Part shown: in pieces, positions 9,341-19,424 of the stretch
How the letters are laid out: every line of letters starts with the position of its first letter
Position numbering within the stretch: the stretch's first letter is position 1
From: Candidatus Cloacimonadales bacterium
Lineage (GTDB): Bacteria > Cloacimonadota > Cloacimonadia > Cloacimonadales > JAFGVF01
Assembly (NCBI GenBank): GCA_963667035.1
Contig: OY762964.1
Location: forward strand, 224,001-288,000
Reading direction: 5' to 3'
DNA length: 64,000 nt
Notes under the pieces: model-generated
Seen by the model: the letters and a program-made list of their open reading frames with translations, nothing else
Databases searched by the model: none
What the model was told of the DNA's origin: nothing
Program-made: the position numbers and the translations under genes

Positions 9341-12300
9341 ATGAAAGATTATTTGATTTTATTATTTGCACTATTTGTGATTACGAGTCTATTTTCAGAC
9401 CCTGTCGCTCCAATAGGGCAGGGTACTGAAAATGATCCGTACCAGATAGCAAGTTTAGACAATTTGGAATGGCTTAATGACTTTCACCATGTCTGGAATA
9501 GCGGTGCACACTACATTCAAACAGCCGATATTGATGCTTCCAATACAGAAAGTTGGAATTATGGATTAGGATACTATCGAATAGGGGTAGGTAACAACAA
9601 ATTTTCAGGAGTTATGACGGACAGGGTTACAGTATTGTTGGATTATCCATAGATAGATACGGTTATGGGACAATAGGATTGTTTGGAGAGATAGAACATG
9701 CTATCATAAGAAACATAACGATGATTAATGCTTCAATTATAGGTGGGTCAGGAACAGGATGTATTGTAGGTAGTAGTTGGGATAGCATTATTGAAAACTG
9801 TGTTGTCTATGGTTCAGTTACCGGCATTGACAGTGTTGGTGGGATTATTGGACTAGCAACTATATATAGCACTGTTACTAATTGTACAAATCATGCATCA
9901 GTAAATGGCGAAGAAAACGTTGGTGGGATTGCAGGTTCAATAAACCATATAACACTGAGTTCATGCCAGAATTATGGTAATATCAATGGTATTGAGAAAG
10001 TCGGTGGATTATTCGGTTCTGGGAATGGATACGTTACAATCTGTGAAAATAATGGAAAAGTTAGTGGTGAGTATTATTGTGGAGGCATATCCGGAGAGTA
10101 TGGATATACACTTACGGATTGTTATAATACGGGTAACATAAGTGGTATTGCACGGATTGGTGGTCTTCTAGGTTTGTGTACTCATCAACTTCTAATAAAC
10201 TGTTACTCAACGGGTAACGTTACAGGAAGTGTAGAAGTAGGAGGATTAGTTTATAGAGATAATCCAATTCTTGACAATAGTTTCTATAATGCTGATACAG
10301 CTGTTATTATAGGAGAAGATGCTAATGAATATGGTGCATTGTCAGGTGAACTATTTGACGCATGGCTAGCAAATGACTTAGTTTTAAATCCAATTGATTT
10401 CCTTAGCTTTGACGGGCAAGATTATCTAATCAATAATGAAACCGAGTTTGATTGCTTAACCATTTTGGGAGCAATGGATGATGCAAGGTATAAACTAACT
10501 TCGGACCTAGATTTCTCGGGTCAAAATAATTATATGATCCCAATTTTTAAAGGTAGTTTGAATGGAAATGGTCATACAATAAGTAACTTGACTATTGATA
10601 ATCCTGTAGATGAATATATTGGCTTGTTTCGTAATCTACTAAATGCAGAAATCACTAATCTAAATTTAGAGAGCATAAGAATATTTGATGGAGCTCATGT
10701 TGGGAGCTTAGCAGGATGTGCAGAGAACTCAACTATAATCAATTGCGACGTAACCGCAGATATTGATGATACAGTTTTTTCTGTAGGTGGTTTTATCGGG
10801 AGTATTTCAGATTCTGAAATTACAAATTCAACCTTCACAGGTTCAATATATGCTCAATCCGGTGTAACCGGAGGAATAGTAGGATCAGCATTGGAAAACA
10901 GTGCAATAATCAATTGTGAAGCTACATTAGAGTTTCTAAGAGGTCGTTGTTTAGGTGGGATAACAGGTTATAATGCTAACAGTCATATTTTGAATTGTAA
11001 TGTTACCGGCAATGTTTATGGATATGATGGACCTACCGGTGGACTTGTTGGGAAAAATGTTGAAGATGGAATAATTGAAAGCTGTTATGCCAACATTGTA
11101 ATTAATGATGACAGTCCTATTTGTGGAGGTCTAGTTGGTGAAAATTTTGGTACTATTTCTAACTGTCATGTTTCAGGTACTGTAAATGGAGAGAATAAAG
11201 TTGGAGGTTTACTTGGTCTTGCAGAAAAGGGAGCAGTCGTTAATTGTACTAGCACATGTGATGTTAATGGGATTACTATAGTTGGAGGATTGATTGGTTT
11301 AGTCGCAGATTGTAATATTGAGGATAGTTTCTATAATATTGACACAGTGTTAATAAACAATGAGCATAGACTGACTGTATGTGGTTTGCCTACTCCATTA
11401 TACAATGAGTGGATTAGTGGAGTTGGATTAGATATAGATAGCTACTTAATGCAGACTGATGGCAGGTACCATATTGAAACTGTAGATGATTTGAAATTAT
11501 TGAATTATTTCGGTCAATATGATTATGATTTATCCTTGTTAACGATTTGGATTTAAGCTCTGAGTCGAACTTCTTTGTAACCTATTTCAAAGGTAGTTTT
11601 GATGGTAATGGTTTAACAGTGAGTGGTCAACACGTCTCGGAATCCATAAACTCAACAATAGGATTGTTTGGTGTTTTACAATCATCACACATTCATAATT
11701 TGAATGTAGCACAATTCGATTTATTAAGTTGTGATTACACAGGAGGTTTAGCCGGAAGCTGCTATAACTCAAATATCAATGACTGTAACACAATAGGGAT
11801 TATTGATGGTAGAAACACAGGTGGATTCATTGGTAGAATTGAAGATTCAGAAATCAGATATTGTTCTACAGAAAGTACTGTTTCAGGATCATATAGAAGC
11901 GGTGGATTCACAAGTATGAGTTCAAGGAGTATAATTTCGGATTGTTATAGTTTAGCTAATGTATCAAATGCTATATTGTCTGCAGGATTTGTTGGTGAAT
12001 CCAATGATGATATCTCAATATCAAATTCATATTGTGCCGGAACTATTAACATGAATGGAAGGCAATATGGTGGTTTCTCTCTTTTTTGCTATGATGAGAT
12101 AACAAACTGTTTTTGGAATGATGATATCTCTGGAAACAGTAATTATTCTAGTGGAACACCTATTTCCACTGCTGAGATGCAGGATATAAATACATTCCTA
12201 TTATCTGGCTGGGATTTTATCGGTGAAGAAGAAAATGGAAGCCAAGATATCTGGAATATTAATCCACGATTAAACAATGGTTACCCATTCCTTACACACA

Positions 12301-12623
12301 TTGCTACCGATATTGCAGATGATGAAACTATACAGGAATTAAAGCCTCAAACAAAACTTTTGGGTAACTACCCCAATCCTTTCAATCCGGAGACTACTAT
12401 TAAGTTCTCATTAGCTGAGGATGAAAATGTCAGGATTGATATTTATAATATTAAGGGACAATTAGTTAATACGATAGTCAACGAACAACTCAAAGCAGGA
12501 GATAATGTTATAGTTTGGAGTGGTAAAGATGTGCATAATAAACCTACTGCTTCAGGAGTATATTTTTATCGTTTAAAGACTAAGGATAAAACGTTTGTGC
12601 GGAAGATGATGTTGATGAAGTAA
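9341..12623 (+). CDS. Secreted GLUG-repeat surface protein with FlgD-Ig/T9SS-like C-terminal domain; split into three ORFs by two apparent 1-nt deletions (~9612, ~11530)
   Basis: Signal peptide MKDYLILLFALF; G.GT..DPYQI, VGGLVG/GLUG repeats, F.GS.DGNG.TI modules, NYPNPFNPETTI...SGVYFYRL...KMMLMK; frames rejoin by adding one base at each break. Confidence 0.85.
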
Positions 12624-12719
12624 GACTCTTATATACTTGCCGGCATTAACTTCATCATTCCTGCTCCATTGCTTCTCTAAGGTGCATGTCTGATGAATAC
12701 TATATGCACAGTAAAGAAG

Positions 12720-12756
12720 TGTGGATAAATTACTTTCTTTAGATAACTTATCCACA
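12720..12756. promoter_or_regulatory. Inverted pair of perfect DnaA boxes
   Basis: TGTGGATAA (12720-12728) and TTATCCACA (12748-12756). Confidence 0.5.
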
Positions 12757-12904
12757 ATCCGCACCCGAGGGAGTTCCTCTATCAAGCTCTAATAGTCGTG
12801 ATGTGGAATGTGGGTAGGTTATTAATGTTATCTATCAAACAAGAGTTTCTACCAATGCTAGGACTTGGCATTTTCTCTATCACTAAATCTAATGTCTGAG
12901 AAGT

Positions 12905-12955
12905 AGTGAAACATTGTAATGCAAAATGAGCCTATTATAAAAGATCGTTGAAATA
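12905..12955 (+). repeat. Degenerate 51-bp direct repeat, copy 1
   Basis: 40/51 identical, ungapped, to 13880-13930 (manual alignment). Confidence 0.8.
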
Positions 12956-13074
12956 GAATTAAAACTATAGAGTTGTAAAGCAAAAAAACATAACAAAAAA
13001 CATATTGACAAGTAGAGATAAATGTTTTAACTATTAATGTTTGGTGGAAACAATTAAATGAGAAGGGAGATTCT

Positions 13075-13884
13075 ATGAAAAAGTACTTGATAATGCTACT
13101 AATATCGTTAGTAGCAATCAGTTTAATGTCCTACTCCTCAGTAGATGATTTTACTGGTGATAAGATAGGGGCACGTTCTACAAACCCACGTATTACTGAA
13201 ATAGCTCATGTTACTTCTAATCCAACATTAACAGTAAATGAGCAACAGGCAAAACAACTCTGGGATAGCTTGTTTACAACCCTTATCTCGGAAGGGAACC
13301 ACGAAATACTTGAGGGTACAAGTGTTGAAGATTGGGTATGCTTTACCCCTAAAGAGATAGTTTCTAAACAGTATAAAGATGCTCACATTTTTTATATGCA
13401 AAACTTATTGAATTTTGAAACTGCTAGATTTATGTGTGCAACCTATAATAATAAGATTTATCTTTTACCAGTTCATCTGCAACATCTTATGGATGATATG
13501 GGAGAAGTAATGAACAAAACAAATCTAAGTTTCTATACAAATCTTTGGGTAAAACTTTCAGTATCTTCAGCTATAACAATAACTGATAGTACTGACATGG
13601 TAGCAGATTCGACTTTTGCTCGCAAGAAATATAGTTTCTGGGAAGAGAGGAATGGACAGAAATATGAATGTTTTATAATATATGGTGCAGACATAAGTAG
13701 AATCAAGTATATAGAATTCAATATGCTTTATTTATGGGAAGAAGATCCTAATCCTATTTCAAGTCCTTCCATTATTTATGATGTAGACCCCAGACATATG
13801 TGTCATTTACCGAGTAGTATATATCATTTAATAATACCGCTTTCATTTCCAAGTTCACCGATTCTGATTCCTGATAATAAGTGA
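13075..13884 (+). CDS. Hypothetical secreted protein
   Basis: RBS AAGGGAG, signal-peptide-like MKKYLIMLLISLVAISLMS; no family recognised. Confidence 0.7.
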   Translation: MKKYLIMLLISLVAISLMSYSSVDDFTGDKIGARSTNPRITEIAHVTSNPTLTVNEQQAKQLWDSLFTTLISEGNHEILEGTSVEDWVCFTPKEIVSKQYKDAHIFYMQNLLNFETARFMCATYNNKIYLLPVHLQHLMDDMGEVMNKTNLSFYTNLWVKLSVSSAITITDSTDMVADSTFARKKYSFWEERNGQKYECFIIYGADISRIKYIEFNMLYLWEEDPNPISSPSIIYDVDPRHMCHLPSSIYHLIIPLSFPSSPILIPDNK

Positions 13885-13930
13885 AACAATGTAATGTAAA
13901 GTGGACTTATCACTAAAGATCGATAAAATA
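13880..13930 (+). repeat. Degenerate 51-bp direct repeat, copy 2 (contains the stop codon of the orphan ORF)
   Basis: 40/51 identical to 12905-12955. Confidence 0.8.
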
Positions 13931-14148
13931 AGATTTATTAACAGTATTAAATACCTTCAATTGAGTATAGTATGCAATTGCAAACTCCTTTTTTACATTG
14001 GATTAATTTTGAAATCGGATATTATTAAGTGGCTATTAAGGCATATAATAACTACCCCTTTATGATATAGTATAAAAAACACTGTTAGTGTTGACAAAAA
14101 ATGAGGAGTTAAAAATGTAAAAAAAATATTATCATAGAGGAGACTATA

Positions 14149-15135
14149 ATGGACGTTTTAGCTGATTTTAGGATGAAAGCAAAAGCTCTTAAGGGAAAAG
14201 TTGTATTTCCCGAAGCTTATGATGAGAGAACATTGCGAGCAACAGAAGCCGTACTTAAAGAAGAAATGGCTAAGGTTGTACTCATTGGAGAAGAAACAAC
14301 TATACTTGCAAAAGCTAATGAACTTGAGTTAAACATTTCTCAAGCTGAAATCATCAATCCTGAGACTTACGATATTTCTGAGTTTGCAGAGTTTTTCTTC
14401 GAGAAACGCAAGAAAAAAGGAATAACAAAAGAACAGGCAATCGAAACAGTTAAAGAACCATTATTCTTCGGTGCTCTCTTAGTAAAATACGGAATAGTAA
14501 ACGGTATGGTTGCAGGTGCTGCAAATACAACCGGTGACGTTCTGAGAGCAGCTCTTCAAGTAGTAGGTGTTAAACCCGGATTAAAAACAGTTTCCAGTAG
14601 TTTTATAATGGTTACACCTGATTTCCTTGGAAGCGATAAAATATTCCTCTTTGGAGATTGTGCCGTTGTGCCTAATCCAGATGCGGAACAACTTGCAGAT
14701 ATAGCTATATCAACAGCAGCTACACGTAAAGCCTTAATAGGCGACGAACCTAAGGTGGCCCTTCTCTCTTTTTCAACAAAAGGTAGTGCTAAGCACGAAT
14801 TAGTTGACAAAGTTTTACAGACTAAGGAAATTATAGAGTCCAGAAATCCGGATTTTGAATTTGATGGTGAGTTACAACTTGATGCTGCAATAATCCCATC
14901 GGTAGGATCAAAGAAAGCTCCCGGTAGTACAATAGCCGGAGAAGCCAACGTATTGATATTCCCTGATCTTCAAGCAGGAAATATCGGATATAAACTTGTT
15001 CAACGCTTTGCTAAAGCAGAAGCGATTGGTCCTATTATTCAAGGTTTAGCCGCTCCGGTATGTGATTTATCCCGTGGTTGTTCATGGGAAGACATCTATA
15101 ATACAACAGCGTTAGTTTTATTGCTCTCTAAATAG
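14149..15135 (+). CDS. pta: Phosphate acetyltransferase
   Basis: VFPE, GDCAVVPNP, ALLSFSTKGS, DGELQLDAA, FPDLQAGNIGYK, DLSRGCS. Confidence 0.95.
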   Translation: MDVLADFRMKAKALKGKVVFPEAYDERTLRATEAVLKEEMAKVVLIGEETTILAKANELELNISQAEIINPETYDISEFAEFFFEKRKKKGITKEQAIETVKEPLFFGALLVKYGIVNGMVAGAANTTGDVLRAALQVVGVKPGLKTVSSSFIMVTPDFLGSDKIFLFGDCAVVPNPDAEQLADIAISTAATRKALIGDEPKVALLSFSTKGSAKHELVDKVLQTKEIIESRNPDFEFDGELQLDAAIIPSVGSKKAPGSTIAGEANVLIFPDLQAGNIGYKLVQRFAKAEAIGPIIQGLAAPVCDLSRGCSWEDIYNTTALVLLLSK

Positions 15136-15158
15136 TAGAGCCTAACGTAAAAGGAGAG

Positions 15159-16364
15159 ATGATGCCTATTCAATTGTCCCGCCAAATAAGAAGGATAAAG
15201 CCTTCTCCAACTTTAGCTATTGCCGCTAAAGCTAACCAAATGCGAAAAGATGGTATAAATGTCATCAATTTTGGTGTAGGCGAACCCGATTTTAACACAC
15301 CTGACTACATTAAAGATTATGCCAAACAGGCTATTGATGAAAACTTTACCCGTTATACACCTACTCCTGGAGTTCCCGAGCTTAAACAATTGATTTGTGA
15401 TAAGCTGGAAAAAGAGAACGGATTAAAGTATGAAACGAATCAAATAATTGTTTCTCCCGGTGCTAAAGCTTCAATCGCTTTTGCTTTGAGAGCAATATGT
15501 GATTCTCATGATCAGGTTATTGTTCAGACCCCATACTGGGTAAGTTATCCGTATCAGATAGAATTAGCAGAAGCAGAACCCCTTTACATCGAAACAACAA
15601 TTGATAATGGATTCAAGATAGTAGCTGAAGAATTAGAGGACTTAATAAAATCCAATCCAAGAGCTAAAGCTCTTATCCTCAATTCACCCGGAAATCCTAC
15701 AGGAGCAGTATATACAAAAGCAGAACTTGTCTCGATTGCAGGTGTATGCTTAAGACATAATATTGCGATCATCTCTGATGAAATTTATGAGAAACTTGTG
15801 TATGATGGTGTAAAGCATGTTTCAATTGCTTCACTTTCAGAAGAAATAAAAGAGAATACAATTGTAATAAACGGATTCTCAAAAGCTTATGCTATGACAG
15901 GTTGGAGATTAGGTTATTTAGCCGCTCCAACGGAGATTGCTTCAGCTATCTCAAGAGTTCAAGGTCATATAACTTCTAACGCTTCCTCCGTAAGCCAGAA
16001 GGCAGGAATTGCAGCTTTGGCAAAGGACGACGGATCAATTGAGAGAATGAGACTTGAATTTGAAAAGAGAAAAGGCTTTTTGAGAGACGAACTCTTAAAA
16101 ACTCCAGAAGTAAAATGTTCTCAGCCGTCAGGTGCTTTCTATATGATGGTGGATATCAGTGCTTATTTGAAGAATAATTCGAAAGGAGTTAAAGGAAGCA
16201 ATGCTCTTTGTGAGTACTTACTTGAAAATTATCAGATAGCTGTTGTTCCCGGTAGTGCTTTTGGAGCTGATAGTTATGTTAGATTCTCATACGCAAACAG
16301 TATGGAGAATCTTTCTGAAGGTGCTAAAAGATTTAAAGAAGGAATGCAGAGTCTAAGAGACTAA
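15159..16364 (+). CDS. PLP-dependent aminotransferase class I/II (aspartate aminotransferase-like)
   Basis: GEPDF.TP, NSPGNPTG, SDEIYE, FSKAYAMTGWRLGY. Confidence 0.93.
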   Translation: MMPIQLSRQIRRIKPSPTLAIAAKANQMRKDGINVINFGVGEPDFNTPDYIKDYAKQAIDENFTRYTPTPGVPELKQLICDKLEKENGLKYETNQIIVSPGAKASIAFALRAICDSHDQVIVQTPYWVSYPYQIELAEAEPLYIETTIDNGFKIVAEELEDLIKSNPRAKALILNSPGNPTGAVYTKAELVSIAGVCLRHNIAIISDEIYEKLVYDGVKHVSIASLSEEIKENTIVINGFSKAYAMTGWRLGYLAAPTEIASAISRVQGHITSNASSVSQKAGIAALAKDDGSIERMRLEFEKRKGFLRDELLKTPEVKCSQPSGAFYMMVDISAYLKNNSKGVKGSNALCEYLLENYQIAVVPGSAFGADSYVRFSYANSMENLSEGAKRFKEGMQSLRD

Positions 16365-16567
16365 TGGATAATTTCAGAGAGAAAGTACAAACCCGATTTG
16401 AGGATCGACATAAAAAAGCAAAACGATCTTGGAAGAAACTCATAATAAAAATAGCTGCTCTTATTTTGATAGTAGTTGTTATAAGAGGTTTCTCAGGTGA
16501 GAGATTCAGATCAATCCTTAATTTTGGAAAATCAAATAATAGAATTGAAATAGATAGGAGTAATTAA
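16364..16567 (+). CDS. Small single-TM hypothetical protein
   Basis: TAATG overlaps with both neighbours; one hydrophobic helix. Confidence 0.7.
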   Translation: MDNFREKVQTRFEDRHKKAKRSWKKLIIKIAALILIVVVIRGFSGERFRSILNFGKSNNRIEIDRSN

Positions 16568-17463
16568 TGAAATTGACCCTAGTCGGATCAATTGCTCTTG
16601 ATAGTATTAAAACACCGTTCGGAGAAGTCGAAGAAGCTTTGGGTGGTTCATCCGTCTATGCCTCATTGGCTGCAAGTCATTTTTGTAAACCTTGTGTTGT
16701 TGGTGTAGTTGGTGAAGATTATGATTGTAAAAACATAGAAATGCTCAATAGCAAAGGTATAGATACATCAGGTATTGAATTCACCTCTGGTAGAACCTTT
16801 CGTTGGAAAGGAGTCTATAATGATTTAAACAGAGCGGAGACATTAGATACTCAACTCAATGTTTTTGCAGATTTTAATCCTGTTCTATCGGAAGAGTATG
16901 CTACAAATGAATTTCTTTTTTTAGGGAATATTCATCCATCTTTACAATTAAACGTACTAAATCAGCTTGAGTGTTGCAAGTTAACGGCAATGGACACAAT
17001 GAACCTTTGGATTGATATTGCCAAAGAAGAATTGATTGAAGTTATAAAGAAAATTGACATTGTTTTTGTTAATGAAGATGAAGCTAAAATGCTTACGGGA
17101 AAAGAGAATGTTTATGAAGCTGCGGAAGATATACTGGCATTTGGTCCCAAACTCGTACTACTCAAGAGAGGGGAGTATGGTGCCATGGCAATTATGAGAA
17201 ACATGCTTTTCTTTGCTCCGGTATATCCTGTTAAGAAAGTTGTTGATCCAACAGGTGCAGGAGACAGTTTTGCAGGTGGCTTTATGGGTTATCTTGCAGG
17301 CAAAGGTGAGTTTAATGGCAAAAATGTAAAAGAAGCTGTGATATATGGAACCGTAATGGCATCTTTAGATGTTGAACATTTCAGTGTTGAAGGATTACAG
17401 AAGGCTTCAAATAAATATATTGAAGAAAGAAAACAGTGCGTGATTGATATCATATCAATGTAA
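16567..17463 (+). CDS. PfkB family carbohydrate/nucleoside kinase
   Basis: GSIALD, LGGS, DPTGAGDSFAGG signature. Confidence 0.93.
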   Translation: MKLTLVGSIALDSIKTPFGEVEEALGGSSVYASLAASHFCKPCVVGVVGEDYDCKNIEMLNSKGIDTSGIEFTSGRTFRWKGVYNDLNRAETLDTQLNVFADFNPVLSEEYATNEFLFLGNIHPSLQLNVLNQLECCKLTAMDTMNLWIDIAKEELIEVIKKIDIVFVNEDEAKMLTGKENVYEAAEDILAFGPKLVLLKRGEYGAMAIMRNMLFFAPVYPVKKVVDPTGAGDSFAGGFMGYLAGKGEFNGKNVKEAVIYGTVMASLDVEHFSVEGLQKASNKYIEERKQCVIDIISM

Positions 17464-17473
17464 CGAGGAGATT

Positions 17474-18493
17474 ATGGATTATAAAAAATCAGGTGTAGAC
17501 ATTAAAGCCGGGGAAGAATCTGTTAATAGAATCAAACCAATGGTAAAATCAACATTTAACAAAAATGTTCTTACCCAGATTGGAGGTTTTGGAGGTTTGT
17601 ATCAAGTTGATCTCACAAGATGGAAAGAACCTGTCTTAGTTTCCAGTGCAGATGGTGTGGGAACAAAGATCATGGTTGCGGGAATGGCTGGAGTTTACGA
17701 TACTGTTGGACAGGACTTAGTAAATCACTGTGTGAACGATATTCTTGTTCAAGGGGCAATTCCACAATATTTTCTTGATTATATAGGTGTTGGAAAACTT
17801 AATCCCCAAAATATTGAAGCAATTATCTCCGGTTTTGTAAAGGCTTGTCGTGAAAATGATATGGCTCTTATAGGCGGAGAGATGGCAGAAATGCCCGGGA
17901 TTTATGATCCTGAAGATTTCGACTTGGCAGGGACAATTGTAGGACTTGTTGAGAAAAAGAAAATTATAACCGGAGAAGAAATTAAAGCCGGAGATGTAGT
18001 GCTTGGATTTGAATCTACAGGATTACATACAAATGGTTATTCTTTAGCAAGGGCAATTGTTTTTGATATTCTTAAACTAAAGCATGATTCATTGCTCCCA
18101 GGGATGAAATATACAGTTGCAGAAGCATTTTTAAAGATTCATAAGTCATATCTTCCATATATGAAGGCATTCTTAGAACCTAATCAGGTTCATGGGATGG
18201 CTCACATAACAGGAGGAGGAATTCAAGGGAATTTGAAACGTGTTATTCCTGATAGCTTAACAGCTGTTGTAGACGTGAAAGCTTGGGAAACTCCCGAATT
18301 GTTTAAACTACTTGTTGATGCAGGCAAAGTGGAAGCAATAGAATCTTATAGTGCTTTTAATATGGGAATAGGATATATTGTTGTTTGTCCCGAAACAGTA
18401 GCAAATCAAATGATGAAAGCAATTCCTGTTAGAGAAATAGGTGTTATAGAAAAGAATTTATATGCCGAAAAGGTAAAATTGATTAATATATGA
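17474..18493 (+). CDS. purM: Phosphoribosylformylglycinamidine cyclo-ligase
   Basis: MDYKKSGVDI, DGVGTK, GGEMAEMPG, GLHTNGYSL, HITGGG, FNMGIG. Confidence 0.96.
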   Translation: MDYKKSGVDIKAGEESVNRIKPMVKSTFNKNVLTQIGGFGGLYQVDLTRWKEPVLVSSADGVGTKIMVAGMAGVYDTVGQDLVNHCVNDILVQGAIPQYFLDYIGVGKLNPQNIEAIISGFVKACRENDMALIGGEMAEMPGIYDPEDFDLAGTIVGLVEKKKIITGEEIKAGDVVLGFESTGLHTNGYSLARAIVFDILKLKHDSLLPGMKYTVAEAFLKIHKSYLPYMKAFLEPNQVHGMAHITGGGIQGNLKRVIPDSLTAVVDVKAWETPELFKLLVDAGKVEAIESYSAFNMGIGYIVVCPETVANQMMKAIPVREIGVIEKNLYAEKVKLINI

Positions 18494-19311
18494 AGTGGAG
18501 AATAATAGTCCACGGTAAGTTAGGCTCAGCCGAAAACATGGCAATAGATGAAGCCATAATGCTAGCCATAGAAGCCGGGAAAAGCTTACCAACTATAAGG
18601 TTTTATGATTGGAATCCTGCTACAGTATCATGCGGATTCAATCAACGAGCATTGGATGAGATTGACTTCGAAGAGGTTAAACTTCGAGGTTATGGTTTTG
18701 TGCGAAGACCTACCGGTGGTAGAGTTGTTTTACATAAAAACGAAGTAACGTATGCCGTAATTACTCCTTCAATTGATAAATTTAAAGGTGGAATTACCGA
18801 TACTTACGCGGAGATTAGTAAAGCATTAGCCAAAGGATTAACGCTTCTTGGCGTTCCTATTGAGTTTGAGAAAGGTGAGCTTACTGCTTCCGAGCAGAGA
18901 GTGAATGCCAATCCCTGCTTCACTAGTACTTCAAGATATGAATTAAAATGCCTTGGGAAAAAGATAGTAGGAAGTGCTCAAGTTAGAAAAGGTAAAATGC
19001 TTCTACAACATGGCTCTATTCTTCTTCATGCCAATCAAGAAGAAGTTGCTTGGTTGGTGCCCGGACTGGAACCGGAGAAGAAGGAAAAGTTAGCCAGATT
19101 TTTGCAGAGAAAAACAATTTCGATTAATCAAGCACAGAATAACAATTACAATTTCGATAAAGTAACGGAAAAACTTATTCAAGGATTCAAAGAACAATGG
19201 AATGATGATGAATTTGTATTTGAATCAGATATTTCAAATTATGAGCGAGAGTTAATGATAGAGTTAACAGAGAGTAAATATGCAAGAGATAATTGGAATT
19301 TCCGTAAATAA
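18490..19311 (+). CDS. Lipoate-protein ligase family (LipM-like octanoyltransferase)
   Basis: NMAIDEA, VRRPTGGRVVLH, KKIVGSAQ, LQHGSI. Confidence 0.88.
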   Translation: MKWRIIVHGKLGSAENMAIDEAIMLAIEAGKSLPTIRFYDWNPATVSCGFNQRALDEIDFEEVKLRGYGFVRRPTGGRVVLHKNEVTYAVITPSIDKFKGGITDTYAEISKALAKGLTLLGVPIEFEKGELTASEQRVNANPCFTSTSRYELKCLGKKIVGSAQVRKGKMLLQHGSILLHANQEEVAWLVPGLEPEKKEKLARFLQRKTISINQAQNNNYNFDKVTEKLIQGFKEQWNDDEFVFESDISNYERELMIELTESKYARDNWNFRK

Positions 19312-19424
19312 ACAGGTGCTTACAGAAAATTTATTGACATTTAAGTTATTCCATTCGTTTTTTGGTAGAATGGAGAATTTTATAAAAACATGGATATTGT
19401 GAAATAGAAAGGGAGGATTAATTG

